Of a DNA stretch of 64,000 nt, positions 30,362-41,467 are shown in pieces (the stretch's first letter is position 1; every line of letters begins with the position of its first letter). The notes under the pieces were generated by a model. That model made no database searches. It was not told where the DNA came from and was given only the letters and a program-made list of their open reading frames with translations. The DNA comes from a bacterium (GTDB taxonomy: Bacteria; SAR324; NAC60-12). The DNA lies in assembly GCA_965205865.1 (NCBI GenBank), contig CBDBHR010000024.1, positions 1 through 64,000 on the forward strand. The letters run 5' to 3'. A program made the translations under genes and the position numbers.

Positions 30362-30976
30362 TCAGGGATGAGAAGAATAATGCCGGGTTGTTTCGTGAAA
30401 CTGTCGGGGAGTACTAGTTCCGAATGTGATCAACACAACATGCGCTTGTTCGGTTCGAGGGATCTCCACTCGCAGGAGAAAGGGAGCATGAGTGTTTCCC
30501 GGAGATTCTGGAAGTTGCGGATAAATCTTAAAGTAATCCTCCATAGTAACCTGCGTCCCCGGAATTTCTACTCGATTGATATAACGTACTCCACATCGTT
30601 CTATCTTCTGGGGTATGGCAATCTCCTGGTATAATTTCAACGCATTGCATACTACCAATTCCCACTCTGCAAAATGATGATAAGGGCGTAACTGATTGAC
30701 CAGAAGAAGATTCTCCGCAATCCGTCTCATTCGGTCGCCTTGCTCAGAAACAAATTGAATCCATGATGGTTGCATTTGCGCGTTGGCTGAGGCCGTCCCT
30801 CGTTCCGGAGTGATTTGAGCTTGCTGGACCTCCCGTTGCTGTTTCTTGGGAAATTCTTTCTTGACTTTTTCATAGTAGATTCCAGGAATTGTATGGTCCC
30901 ATGTTGAATCGCGGAAATATATTTCACACAATGCTTCAACGACTAGTGGTTTTTGATAGTTTCTTTCCAAACTCAA
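30362..30976 (-). CDS. TIGR04255-like protein, possibly 3'-truncated
   Basis: PLVVEALCEI.F and I.R.GVRYINR motifs. Confidence 0.6.
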   Translation of the reverse strand: MSLERNYQKPLVVEALCEIYFRDSTWDHTIPGIYYEKVKKEFPKKQQREVQQAQITPERGTASANAQMQPSWIQFVSEQGDRMRRIAENLLLVNQLRPYHHFAEWELVVCNALKLYQEIAIPQKIERCGVRYINRVEIPGTQVTMEDYFKIYPQLPESPGNTHAPFLLRVEIPRTEQAHVVLITFGTSTPRQFHETTRHYSSHP

Positions 30977-31063
30977 AAGGTTCCACTCCTAATACAATTT
31001 TCCTTCATTCACCGATAACCGCAGGTCAATGAGCACCTAACTGTTGGGCTCCTATTTCTTAAA

Positions 31064-31301
31064 CCTACGTTGAGCGATTCATCATAAAAAAAGCTCTCAA
31101 CCCTTGAAAAAATTTGTTATATTTTAGTGGTTAACACAAAAAAAGCCACAAAATCTGACACAATCAACAAAAAACCTTTATGAAAAGATACAACAATTCA
31201 GGGTAAAAAGAAACAGAGAATTGATGCAAACCAGCCAACCGATAAACTCTTGACAAGTCGTGCCGGATCGGCCTTGTTTGCCCAATATCGGTAAAGCATT
31301 C
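31064..31301 (+). mobile_element. Truncated IS1380 (left end and transposase 5' remnant)
   Basis: CCTACGTTGAGCGATTC end; aligns with 52790-53028 reverse complement (LTSRAG..LFAQY). Confidence 0.8.
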
Positions 31302-31397
31302 AACCAGACGTCCCCTCACGATTTTGCCCTTGCCCATCGCTGGTAGTTAATGGTAAACCCTACTAGTAGTTCATTTATTTGAGCGAATTGGCCTAAA

Positions 31398-32757
31398 TAG
31401 TGCTTGGCCTAAAAATACTCAAATTGCTGATATTAAATGACAATTCTTCAATTTCACAGGATGAAGATTGGTTTGATGCAGTGTTCAGATGGCCAAAATC
31501 AGCAAAAAATGGGATTTTTGATGAGTTTCTCCAAAATCTTCGTTTCTTAAAAATAGGTGAATACCATTAAATATCATGTAAAGTCTTTCATTAATTATAT
31601 CAAGATGATAAACTGATATTTGTGACGCGAAGATTTGAAAAAACCGAGTGTGTGCCACCTCGCATGAGGGGTCAATCGTTGCAGTTACGGTATCTTCGGA
31701 CTGTTTCTTTCATTTTTCCTTAAATCTTCAAGATTTGAAATTTTATGCGCACCATACGTGACCCCCAGATGAAGTTCGGCGAAGTCGACGTTGCCGCCAT
31801 CGAGTTGGATCTAAAATCCCGTGATGACATCCCCCCTATCCTTCGCGGTTTGCAATACATATACGCCACGCCAGCATTACGCGCATCGGTATTCAAGGTT
31901 CTGGAACGAGTTATCCCCTCGCGAAGCGGTCCGGGCCTGAGCAACGAAGACAGGTATCGCAAAGCGGACCCCCGTCTTGGGCGTCCCGGGAAACCATCCC
32001 TCATCATGAAAAAATCTTTTCCATCTTCGAGCCCCACACCGAGTGGATCAGCAAGGGCAAGGCGGGAGTGCCGGTGGAACTCGGACTCAGGGTCAACATC
32101 ATCGAGGACCAGCATCAATTCATCCTTCACCATCAGGTGATGCGCAGGCAGACCGATGAGAAGGTGGCCGTGGAAATCGTCGAAGAAACCAAAAAACGCT
32201 TCCCCGAGCTTACGGTCGTGAGTTGGGACAAGGGCGCTCACAGCCCACAGAATCAGCGTGAACTCAAAGCACTGCCGGATCTTGTCGTGCTTCCCAAAAA
32301 AGGCAAGTTGAGCAAAGCAGACCGGCAGAGAGAAGATTCCCGGGAATTCAAACTCCTGCGCCGCCAACACTCTGCGGTCGAATCCGCCATCAACGCTCTG
32401 GATGCGCACGGACTCGACCGATGTCCGGATCATGGAATCAAGGGGTTCGAACGCTATGTCGCTCTGGCTGTGCTTGCAAAAAACATCCACCGTCTCGGCA
32501 CCGTCCTGCGTGAACAGCAAAAAGAACGGCAGCATCGTAAACGAGGACCCTACAAAAAAGCGGCCTGAACCCAAGAGTGACTCCCCATTCTGAAACAAGA
32601 GGGGAGAGGTGTGTCCAAAAATAGGGGGGTAACAAAAAATTAGGGATCCCAAAGAAAAATAGCTTCAATTCTCTAAAATATGGCTTGTTCAAAAACAGAT
32701 GTTCTCGCGGATTCTACACCTCTTATTAATAAAATTGTATTTTTCTGTCAGGCACTA
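31398..32757 (+). mobile_element. ISNCY/IS5-like element with internally deleted transposase (fragments 31745-~31990 and ~31990-32568)
   Basis: TIRs TAGTGCTTGGCCTAAAAATAC / GTATTTTTCTGTCAGGCACTA. N-terminal KSRDDIP..GRPG is joined directly to C-terminal SIFEPHTEWISKGK..DKG..HSAVESAINAL. Confidence 0.8.
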
Positions 32758-33335
32758 ACTAAAATGTTAAATGTTACTCTCGTTCCGTGACGGGACGCAG
32801 GCAGGACGAATTTTGGGAGGGGCGTGAATAGCGGGTGTCTATAAACAGGGTCTTGGGGTTCTTGAGAGGGAATGGTAGCACCGGATTCCATTCCAGGGAA
32901 AATCTTTGGCGTGGCGGCAGATTCCAGCACGAACCAGGTTTCGCTCCACCTATCTTGCCGCGGCGCTCAAGTGGGCAAGATCTCCTGGACAAGAGAAGAA
33001 ACGTTCAATTTCTGAAGTGAAAATTCAATGCTCGATAATGATTCACAACCATTATCAAATGAAGGAATCCATTGCAAATAATTGGTAACTGTCCCCGGAT
33101 TTACATGATCTGTTGGCGGTAACTGGAGGAAAAGTGGATTCCTCTGACCGCTGCCCGGCTCGAGGTGATCGATAATCAGGTCACTGCCATTCAGGATTAT
33201 ATTCATGTGGAATACCTGCTCGAAGATGCCGAAATTATCAGTCCCCCTCCTGCAGATTGATTCTTTTCATTGAGACAGGATACCATTCTCCCTCCTACGT
33301 ATTGATATCGTACCTACAATCGGATATTCAAAAAT

Positions 33336-33363
33336 CCTCCCACCCGCTGGGCCGGGAGGGAGG
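33336..33363 (-). terminator. Hairpin downstream of SBP2
   Basis: CCTCCC..GGGAGG stem; related hairpin after SBP4 (49369-49398). Confidence 0.5.
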
Positions 33364-33393
33364 AAAGAAGAGGGTCCATTGAGAAGAAGGGGT

Positions 33394-35178
33394 CTAAAAC
33401 CCCATTTCTTTCTTCAGCGCCTGGTCAATCCAGAGGCGGGCGAAGACGCCATTTAAGGCCATGTTGCCCATTTGCATTTCCCCGTTATACCCGATGAGCC
33501 ACGGTTGGTTCGCGTTAAACTGGGGCGCTCTCCCCGCCCAGATATACCAGTGGTTTTTGATAATGTACATATCGGCCTCGATAATCACCTTCTGCTGCTC
33601 CTCCAGGGTCGTCGCAGCATTGGCGGCTTCCACCATGGCGTCATACACCGGGTCTTGGGCATCCGTAAAGTTCAGATGAGGAGCCGCCGAGGTATTCCAG
33701 GCTAACTGCCCCAGAGGGTTCCACTCGTAGCCCGGAACCGCATCAATAATCCCATCATGAAGTTGTTTTCGTGTGTGATAAACGCCGTAAGTAGTGCCGT
33801 CGACCTCCTGAATCTCCACAGCAACGCCAATCTTACCCCAGTAGTTGGCCACTAATTCTCGAAAGGCTAAATCCCAGCGATTGAAATGGATCAAGACGGT
33901 CTTGAAGCGAATGCCGTCGGCGCCGCGCGGATACCCCGCCTCATCCAGGAGCTTCTCGGCCCCATCCGGGTCATAGGTATATTCTTGCTGAAGCGCTTCG
34001 GGCCACTCGTCAAAGGGGATGACATAGCCCTTTAAACCAATCCCATTCAACCCCATCGGTTTCCATTCGGCCCACCCCCTGAAGTAGGTCTCGTTAATGG
34101 TCTCCAGGTCCAGTGCTTTCTGCAATGCTATGCGTACCCTGAGATCGTCAAAGGGCGGCTTGCGCACGGCAGTCGCAAAAGAGGTTTCCGAGCGAAAGGC
34201 AAAGGGATGCAGCGCGATTTCGGGGTTGGTCTTCTTGAGGCTCTCTGCCTCGTCGATGGTAAATATTTGAGAGACGCCGAGGTGCCCGATGTAATCCAGC
34301 TTCCCCGAGCGCAGTGCCGCCATACGGGTGGGGTCTTCCGGCAAAATCAGGGCCCTCAACTCGTCAACGTAGGGCAAGCGGTTCTGCGGGTATTTTTCGT
34401 CGGTGCCCCAGTAGTCCGGATTCTTGACCCAGGTCATCGAGCTGCCCTCGACCCAGTCGGTCAGCATAAAGGGGCCGGTACCGACCAGGTTCCTCCAATC
34501 CTTCACATCGCCGTGTTGCCGGATGACCTCGGGGGGCTGGATAAAAACAATGGGATCGTCGAGGATCGTCAACAACGCACCGGGCTGTGGTTGCTCCAGC
34601 TTAAACACAACCGTATCTTTGTCGGTGGCGGTGATCGATTCGAATGGCAAAGCGTTGATAGCCGTAGCAAAGGTGCTCGGTTCGGTGAAGCCGCTACCCA
34701 TACCCGTGAGGCGGTGGAAGTTAAACACGATATCATCAGCTGTCAGCGCACGGCCGTTCATGGGTGCCTTGTCATGCCAGTGCACACCCTGGCGGATTTT
34801 GAAGACAATCGTGAGTGGGTCGGGCTGCTCCCAGCTTTCCGCCAGCTGCCCTCTGATGGCAAAGAGAGGCGTGAAGTTTGACTTAAAGTGGTGTTCGTTC
34901 CGATCGATTCCCCAGTTTCCGTCAGCTAACTTCTCGACAACGCCACTGTGGGCGGCGCCTGCCGGTGAACCAAACCAGGAGTCCGTATGCGGAGGCTCAC
35001 TCTTCTTGGCATAGGTCAAGGTGCCGCCATACGATGGCGCGACTACCACCTTACCGGTGCTGGGGTCGGTCACATACTTCTGAGCGGCAGCCGGACTGAC
35101 CCAAAATGCAGTCACCATCAGGATGAGGGTGAGCAGAATCGATTGAATTTTACTTATTTTATTTTTATTGATTGGCAT
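33394..35178 (-). CDS. Peptide/nickel ABC substrate-binding protein (SBP2); alternative in-frame start 35286
   Basis: Signal peptide, APSYGGTL, LAESW, GTGPF and RLWIDQ motifs. Confidence 0.95.
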   Translation of the reverse strand: MPINKNKISKIQSILLTLILMVTAFWVSPAAAQKYVTDPSTGKVVVAPSYGGTLTYAKKSEPPHTDSWFGSPAGAAHSGVVEKLADGNWGIDRNEHHFKSNFTPLFAIRGQLAESWEQPDPLTIVFKIRQGVHWHDKAPMNGRALTADDIVFNFHRLTGMGSGFTEPSTFATAINALPFESITATDKDTVVFKLEQPQPGALLTILDDPIVFIQPPEVIRQHGDVKDWRNLVGTGPFMLTDWVEGSSMTWVKNPDYWGTDEKYPQNRLPYVDELRALILPEDPTRMAALRSGKLDYIGHLGVSQIFTIDEAESLKKTNPEIALHPFAFRSETSFATAVRKPPFDDLRVRIALQKALDLETINETYFRGWAEWKPMGLNGIGLKGYVIPFDEWPEALQQEYTYDPDGAEKLLDEAGYPRGADGIRFKTVLIHFNRWDLAFRELVANYWGKIGVAVEIQEVDGTTYGVYHTRKQLHDGIIDAVPGYEWNPLGQLAWNTSAAPHLNFTDAQDPVYDAMVEAANAATTLEEQQKVIIEADMYIIKNHWYIWAGRAPQFNANQPWLIGYNGEMQMGNMALNGVFARLWIDQALKKEMGF

Positions 35179-35523
35179 AATTTTTCTCCTATTCAAATTA
35201 TTAAAAATAATAGTGAGGGCTGTTTTGAAACATGTTTTCACTCCCGAAAGCACGTTCTCGACGATGCTTCTGATTATTCGTTCCATTTTGACCTTTCATA
35301 TCAGGAGTTAAAAAAGCAATATTCCCCATGAATATTACCATATCAAAAAAACCGATCCATTGGCTCCAGCATGGGGCAATGCACCCTGACCTTTCAATTC
35401 TCTTGAGGAATTTCCATTGGCTGAAATGAACTGAGGGGTAATTTAAGGATCTCTCCCTGAAGACTTGAGCGCCGCTTCCGCGTACGGCCCCGTCGAGATA
35501 AGATAAGGGGGAACAACCCAATG

Positions 35524-35602
35524 AACTTGGGATTTGGGATTTAGGACTTGGGAACTGGGTGCTTGGAGCTTAGAACTTGGGGTGCCGGGTGCCGGGTGCC
35601 GG
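35524..35602 (-). repeat. Degenerate heptamer array (~11 units)
   Basis: 7-nt periodic CCCGGCA / CCAAGTT-like units on the minus strand. Confidence 0.85.
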
Positions 35603-35603
35603 A

Positions 35604-35632
35604 ATTGTACTATCATTTTAACCTCTTGTCAA
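35604..35632 (-). promoter_or_regulatory. sigma70 promoter of SBP2
   Basis: TTGACA-17nt-TACAAT. Confidence 0.75.
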
Positions 35633-35745
35633 GATATTTTTTATACTCAAAACAGGTTAATTTCAGACTTTCATGTCATCCTGACGATACGCCGAAGCGG
35701 CAAAGCGAAGGATCGCATTATTGCCATTCCGTTCCTGGAATAATA

Positions 35746-36090
35746 TTATATAATCGTTCTGCAAATGATGGTCAAGGTTTTTTTGAATAGGGCGACTCAT
35801 TCATTCATGAGTGTCTTCTGATGATCAACGAAAATACTTTTTCATTTTAAGATATAGAAGTCAACATTTTTGGCACTTTTCAATTCCCCGTTGACCGTTT
35901 CTAAAAATCCTCTGGTGAGGATATGAGGTTTTACATGACTTTCGGCTAAAAATATTAGCGAAATTGAAATAAAACCTTCAGCCAAAGGCGATTTCTTGAA
36001 AACTATCACAAAAGAAAACGAAAGACCAGCAGAAATTCTTAAAAACCTTCAGCCCAAGGCGTTTTCTTGAAAACTATCACAAAAGAACGA
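35746..36090. repeat. ~300-bp AT-rich block repeated at 42080-42385, with a local partial tandem duplication
   Basis: TATATAATCGTTCTGCAAATGATGGTCAAGG... aligns with the second copy. Confidence 0.88.
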
Positions 36091-36469
36091 TGATAGCAAA
36101 ATCCTGGTAGATTTCATGATCCCCTTCAGTATCCTCTTTATATAACAATATTCAGAGGAGGTCAATCAATTTTTTTGCTCCTCTTAACTCCTCAGTGGCG
36201 AGTGCTTGTCTCATCCTGGAGTTGATCCTCGCTGCTCTCTGTGTCAGTCCTTGAAAATACTGGGCAATCCTGCCCTTCTAGGAACGAAAAGCATGGGATT
36301 CAGAGCAGATCATTTCAAGGAGTAATGAGCACTCGGCAGGCGTTTCGATGCCCCGCTGAGATAACTGGGAAAACTCTTTCAGTTCTGCTATGCTTAAAAC
36401 TTTTCTTTTTTGGAAGAAGGCCAATATCTTTTTCTCGAGGGGTTTGTCGGTTCGGTTCATTTTGACCGG

Positions 36470-36630
36470 AGACTCCCCTGATCTTTCAAGGGATTGCGGG
36501 GAAATCTACCAAGATGTTGCCTTCAGAGAGCCAGTGGCGATAACGCTGATGACATCATTGATGATTTTCCGAATTGGAAGGCAGAGGATATTGAGGCTTG
36601 TCTCGCCGATACCGCCTCCCTGGCAGAAGA
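36470..36630 (+). pseudogene. DUF433-like antitoxin fragment
   Basis: IFKGLR / ASGDNADDIIDDFPNWKAEDIEACLA, read across a frameshift. Confidence 0.55.
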
Positions 36631-36793
36631 ACCAATCATTCCAATGGATTTAGAAGCGCAGGAAGGTACGCTATGGTGAAAAACGGGAGAACTCTGCGTA
36701 CGATAGAAATTGAATAAAAGGAACTCATACAATCAACAAAACTGCATGATCGATTCGTTCAATATCAAAACGAGCATAGTATGATGAAGAAAT

Positions 36794-37087
36794 ATGAAAT
36801 ATCAAATTGAAATCAAACCTGGGGCACAGCAAGATCTGAGTTATTATAGCTCGTATATCCAGAAAATTATTGTAAAAGCGATTGAAAAGCATTTACAATA
36901 TGATGCCAATATTCAGACAAAGAAAAGAAAGGAGTTTCGAGAGAACCCAATAGCAGCTTGGGAATTACGAATAGGAGAATATCGTGTGTTCTATGAAATT
37001 GAGGGAAGTAATAAAGTCAATGTACTGGCTATCGGACATAAAGAAAATCATGTTTTGTTTATACGAAATGAGGAGGTGAAGTTATGA
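36794..37087 (+). CDS. RelE/ParE-family toxin
   Basis: MKYQIEI..A..DL, WELRIGEYRVFYEI..V.VLAIGHK motifs. Confidence 0.85.
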   Translation: MKYQIEIKPGAQQDLSYYSSYIQKIIVKAIEKHLQYDANIQTKKRKEFRENPIAAWELRIGEYRVFYEIEGSNKVNVLAIGHKENHVLFIRNEEVKL

Positions 37088-37332
37088 AAACCATTGATCT
37101 AACAAAAGAAAAACATTCCATTGAAAAAATATTAAGTATGGCTAAATTAGACACTGTTCTGATTCAAGGAACTGATGGAGTCCAGTATATTTTGGAAGAG
37201 GCTGATGAATTTGAAAAAGAAGTTGCTACTTTAGGGAACAGTGAAAAATTCATGGCTTTTTTACAAAAGAGATCAAAAGAAAAGGGAGAGATATCCTTAG
37301 CGGATATGAAAAAAAATCTAGGTGTTTCATAA
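37084..37332 (+). CDS. Putative antitoxin
   Basis: Small ORF overlapping the toxin stop (ATGA); C-terminal ISLADMKKNLG. Confidence 0.7.
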   Translation: MKTIDLTKEKHSIEKILSMAKLDTVLIQGTDGVQYILEEADEFEKEVATLGNSEKFMAFLQKRSKEKGEISLADMKKNLGVS

Positions 37333-37348
37333 TTTTTAAACAACTTCT

Positions 37349-37545
37349 GGGACCCTTCAAAAATAGTAAAAAGTAGTTTACAGTTTGCCGCCTTTGTTGT
37401 CATTCCTGCGCAAGCAGGAATCCACCGGGCTGGCGTTCCAGTGGTAGTCACGAAGATGGATCCCCCTACGCGGGCCACCACATTCACGACGGTACGCCGA
37501 AGCGGGATGACAGAGGAACTGTAAACTGGAAAATGAAAGGTGCCC
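37349..37545. mobile_element. MITE family C with internal TGTCATTCC..GGATGACA palindromes
   Basis: TIRs GGGACCCTTCA / TGAAAGGTGCCC, inner IR AGTTTACAGTT / AACTGTAAACT, flanking direct repeat AACTTCT. Confidence 0.7.
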
Positions 37546-37681
37546 AACTTCTAAAATAAAATTTCTAAAAAATGGATCAACCTGACTTCTTACCCGCACT
37601 TTTTCAATCGAAGCTAATCAAAAGGTTCAAAGTTCATTGCGTTATTCAAAATTTAGTGGAACGGGTAAGAAACAGGTTAAG

Positions 37682-38575
37682 CTACTCGCGCTCGCCAGTC
37701 AGGGTCGGCAGGACGTTCGCCAGAGTGATGCCGAAGTCGTGTTCCTGGACGTGTTGTAAAACCGGGAAATTCAACTTGTTCTGGCCTGCGAGACTTTTCA
37801 TCCGGTGAGGTGTGGGACTGCCGGCCACCCGATGCCAGTCGATCGGCGTCTCCGGATCGCAGGTGCGCAGCGAAACCGCGAGGCGCCGATCGTCGGTCGT
37901 CTGCGTCGCGTGTATGGTGTTGAGGCTCAGCAGCAGCAGGTCGCCGACCCCCACCTCCGGAGTCTCCATGACATCCTCGATTTCGAGGTTCTCCTCGTGC
38001 CAGAGGACCCCACTCCAGTCGGAAAAGTACAAGGTGCCCCCATCACGAAGCGCGAACAGTCTACTCGCGCCCGAGCGCTGACAGAGGTTGAACACTCGCG
38101 GCGACTTCTCGCGAAGCCGATCCCAGGGAATCACGCGCAGTCCTGCCTCGGTGGGGGAAGGCTTGACCAACGGAATCCAGTAATTGAGATGAGTCCGATT
38201 GTACTCGGTCAGGTAGAAGTGATCGTGATCCTGATGCCAGCGATTATTGGCTACCGGCGTCTGGAGATAGAGGATTTGATAGAGCGCGGCCTTGGCTCCG
38301 GTGACTCTCTGAGCAAATTCTTCCATCCGCGGACCTATTCTTTGGAAGGTCTCTCGTCGTCCCATTGCGTTAGCACGCAGCGCTCCCGTTTGACCGGTAA
38401 CCGGCTTGTCGCCAAGGTGCTTCGCCGCATGCTTGGTTTTCGTTAGTGGGGCATAGTCTGGGCTGGCATCGAATTCTGCCACGAGGAAGTCGATCTCATC
38501 ACGGCTCAGAAATTCCGGGATAACGCAGAAGCCCCGTTTCTCGAGCGAGGAGGCTATCGTCTTGAAATTGGTCAT
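37682..38575 (-). CDS. PhyH-family Fe(II)/2-oxoglutarate dioxygenase
   Basis: GFCVIPEFLS, WHQD, NYWIPL, GDLLL...IH and RLAVSLR motifs. Confidence 0.85.
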   Translation of the reverse strand: MTNFKTIASSLEKRGFCVIPEFLSRDEIDFLVAEFDASPDYAPLTKTKHAAKHLGDKPVTGQTGALRANAMGRRETFQRIGPRMEEFAQRVTGAKAALYQILYLQTPVANNRWHQDHDHFYLTEYNRTHLNYWIPLVKPSPTEAGLRVIPWDRLREKSPRVFNLCQRSGASRLFALRDGGTLYFSDWSGVLWHEENLEIEDVMETPEVGVGDLLLLSLNTIHATQTTDDRRLAVSLRTCDPETPIDWHRVAGSPTPHRMKSLAGQNKLNFPVLQHVQEHDFGITLANVLPTLTGERE

Positions 38576-38734
38576 GAGTATACCTTTCTAAAAGATTCGG
38601 TTTTTTGTGCTAAAGACACAATGAAGATGGTTGCTGACGTAGGAATGGGGCATGAAACCTCATTGTTGTGTCGTCCCTCCGGGACTACTTCTTACATACG
38701 AATCTCAAACCTATATTTACCGGAAGCATAACGG

Positions 38735-39691
38735 TTATTCATACCTCACCCGTGGGTCCAAATAGGGATAAATCAGGTCGATGAGGAGATTGAGCCCCAC
38801 CACGCCGGTGGCGAAAAACAGGTTGACGCCAGAGATCAGCGGGTAGTCCCGGTCGGTGAGAGCATTCACCATGAGACGTCCGAGCCCCGGCAGGTTGAAG
38901 ATGTTCTCCATGATCACCGCGCCCCCGATCAGGATTGGCAACTGTAAGCCGATCAGGGAGACCACCGGGATGAGGGCATTTTTGATGGTGTGCCGGATCA
39001 CCACGATCCGCTCCTTGAGCCCCTTGGACCAGGCGGTGCGGATATAGTCCTGCCTTAAGACCTCCAGCATCATCGTGCGTGTCAGCCGCATGGTGGCCGC
39101 CGCCATCGCCGTCCCCTGAATCAGGCTGGGAATGATGAGGATGCCGAGATTCCCCAGCGGATCTTCGGAGAAAGGAATCCACTCCATCGGAGGCGACCAG
39201 CCCCACCAGATGGACGGGTAGAGCATCACCATAATGGCCAGCCAGAAGTTCGGTGTGGCCAGGCCGATGACGGCGAGGGAGCGCCCTGCGTAGTCGGCAG
39301 CGGTATCCTGACGAATCGCCGAGTAGATACCGACCGGCAGCGCGATCAGCAGCCCGATGACGATGGCCAGTAACCCCAGCTCAAGGGTGATGGGCAATCG
39401 ACGTAATATCTTCTCCTCTACCGCATCCCTGCTGCCAACCATGGAGTGGCCCAGGTTGCCGTGCAGGAGAATCCCTCCCAACCAACGTCCATACTGCGCA
39501 TAGGCAGGCACGTCCAATCCCAGCATACGCTCCAGAGCCTCACGGTCTACGTCAACCAGGAATTCCGACTTACCCAACATGGCGTCTATGACATCGCCCG
39601 GGATAAAGCGCACCGAAAAAAAGACGATGAGGCTCAAGATGAACAGGGTGGGGATGATCAGCAATAAGCGCCTGATGAGATAGGCTCTCAT
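38735..39691 (-). CDS. Peptide ABC transporter permease (DppB-like)
   Basis: Close paralog of 3515-4474. Confidence 0.95.
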   Translation of the reverse strand: MRAYLIRRLLLIIPTLFILSLIVFFSVRFIPGDVIDAMLGKSEFLVDVDREALERMLGLDVPAYAQYGRWLGGILLHGNLGHSMVGSRDAVEEKILRRLPITLELGLLAIVIGLLIALPVGIYSAIRQDTAADYAGRSLAVIGLATPNFWLAIMVMLYPSIWWGWSPPMEWIPFSEDPLGNLGILIIPSLIQGTAMAAATMRLTRTMMLEVLRQDYIRTAWSKGLKERIVVIRHTIKNALIPVVSLIGLQLPILIGGAVIMENIFNLPGLGRLMVNALTDRDYPLISGVNLFFATGVVGLNLLIDLIYPYLDPRVRYE

Positions 39692-39700
39692 GGAAAACCC

Positions 39701-41467
39701 CTAATGCCCCATCTCTTTCTTCAGGTCCTGGTCAATCCAGAGGCGCGAGAGGATGAGACTATCCTCATTGGGTCCGAGATCGAATTCACCGTTGTAGCCT
39801 TTGATCCACGGATGGAGCGCCCACCACTGTGGACCTTTGGGACCCCATATCTGCCAATGATTCTCGATCGTGTACATATCTGCCTCTGCAATCAGCCTCT
39901 GCTGCTCCTCAAAGGTGGTCGCGGCCAGGGCGGCGTCAACCTTGGCGTCCAACTCAGGCCACTGATGTAAGGGGCGGTTCCACTGGGCGTCCGAGCGATA
40001 CCAGGTTACCGTCATGGAAGGGTTATAAGTGGTGCCCGCAATGCTGCCCATGATGCCTTCATAATCACGCGCGAATAGATCCTCGTGATATTTGGCCCAA
40101 TCCGTAATTTCATCAATCTCAAGCTCGACGCCAATCTCAGCCCAGTAGGCGGCAGCGATTTCTGAATAGCCTCCTTTCAAGCCCCCGAGGACCCTCATGC
40201 GGGTCTTGAAGCCATTGGGATAGCCCGCTTCCGCCAGCAGCTGCTTCGCCCCTTCCGGGTCGTACCGATAGCCCTTCTTGACCTCTTCGGGCCACTCTTC
40301 AAAGGGGATGTAATACCCTTTCACGCCGATCATCCCCTGGGGGGTCGGATCGGCCTCACCCTTAAAGTACGTAGCCGCAATGGTCTCCAGGTCCAGGGCC
40401 ATCTGCAGGGCCTTGCGCACGCGGAGGTCGTCAAAGGGCGGCTTGCGCACGTTTGCAGCAAAGGCATTACCCGACCGAAACCACTGCTTGTACAACACGA
40501 TGTCGGGGTTGGTCTCCCGGAGGCTATCTGCCGTGTCGATAGAAGTGATCGCACCCCCTGAAGGGCCTCTGAGATCAATCTTGCCTGAGCGCAGTGCCGA
40601 CATACGAGTGGCTTCCTCCGGAATCATCAAATATTTTAACTCGTCAATATAGGGCAAACGGTTCTGCGGGTACTTTTCGTCATGACCCCAGTAGTCCGGA
40701 TTTCGGGTCCGGGTTTCTGAGCTGCCCTCGACCACATCAGTCAGCAGAAAGGGCCCGGTGCCAGACAGGTTCCTCCAGTCCTTTGAGTCCCCATATTGCT
40801 TGATGACCTCCGGCGGCATGATGTATGTGAAGAGGTCGAGGGTGATGATGTGAAACGCGGAGAGGAAGGGCTTCTTGAGCTTCATGACAACCGTCGCATC
40901 GTCGGTGGCCGTGATCGACTCGAAGGGGATGCCATTGAGGAGGGCAGCGCCACCAAAGGAAGTCGGTCCGGCGTCGGTGAAGTCGCCCAGACCCAGCATA
41001 CGGTGAAAGGTAAACTCGACATCCTGCGCCGTCAGGAGACGGCCGTTCATCGGGGGCTTTTTGTGCCAGCGAACGCCTTGACGGATGTGGAAGATATAGG
41101 TTTTGTTGTCGGGCATTTCCCAACTTTCCGCCAGTCTCCCTGTGATGACAGACAGGGGGAACGGGTGTCCCGATTTCAAGTCCCATTCGTCTCTGGATAC
41201 TCCCCAGTTGCCGATAGCCAGCTTCTCCAAAATGCCCGTGAGTTGAGGGTCTGTCCAGTTGTAAAAGGGGTCCCAATTCCAATATTGACCTCCGGTAGCG
41301 AAGGTCAGTGTCCCGCCATATCGAGGAGCTTCCACCATTTCACTAGTGGTGGGGTCTTTGACCATCTCGGCAGCCATCGCTGCCGAACTGACCCCGAGAG
41401 CGGCCACCATCAGGGTGAGGGACAGCAGGATGGCACTGAAGGTTGATTTGCTTTTTTGATGATCCAT
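39701..41467 (-). CDS. Peptide/nickel ABC substrate-binding protein (SBP3); alternative in-frame start 41566
   Basis: Same motif set as the other SBPs. Confidence 0.95.
   Translation of the reverse strand: MDHQKSKSTFSAILLSLTLMVAALGVSSAAMAAEMVKDPTTSEMVEAPRYGGTLTFATGGQYWNWDPFYNWTDPQLTGILEKLAIGNWGVSRDEWDLKSGHPFPLSVITGRLAESWEMPDNKTYIFHIRQGVRWHKKPPMNGRLLTAQDVEFTFHRMLGLGDFTDAGPTSFGGAALLNGIPFESITATDDATVVMKLKKPFLSAFHIITLDLFTYIMPPEVIKQYGDSKDWRNLSGTGPFLLTDVVEGSSETRTRNPDYWGHDEKYPQNRLPYIDELKYLMIPEEATRMSALRSGKIDLRGPSGGAITSIDTADSLRETNPDIVLYKQWFRSGNAFAANVRKPPFDDLRVRKALQMALDLETIAATYFKGEADPTPQGMIGVKGYYIPFEEWPEEVKKGYRYDPEGAKQLLAEAGYPNGFKTRMRVLGGLKGGYSEIAAAYWAEIGVELEIDEITDWAKYHEDLFARDYEGIMGSIAGTTYNPSMTVTWYRSDAQWNRPLHQWPELDAKVDAALAATTFEEQQRLIAEADMYTIENHWQIWGPKGPQWWALHPWIKGYNGEFDLGPNEDSLILSRLWIDQDLKKEMGH

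Noticed and set aside
31035-31041. GTTAGGT core site upstream of the TIGR04255-like gene as a cassette boundary
   Set aside because: A 7-mer only; no L boxes or partner R'' found.
32760-33320. Short ORFs resembling degraded gene or transposase debris
   Set aside because: No motif that I can assign.
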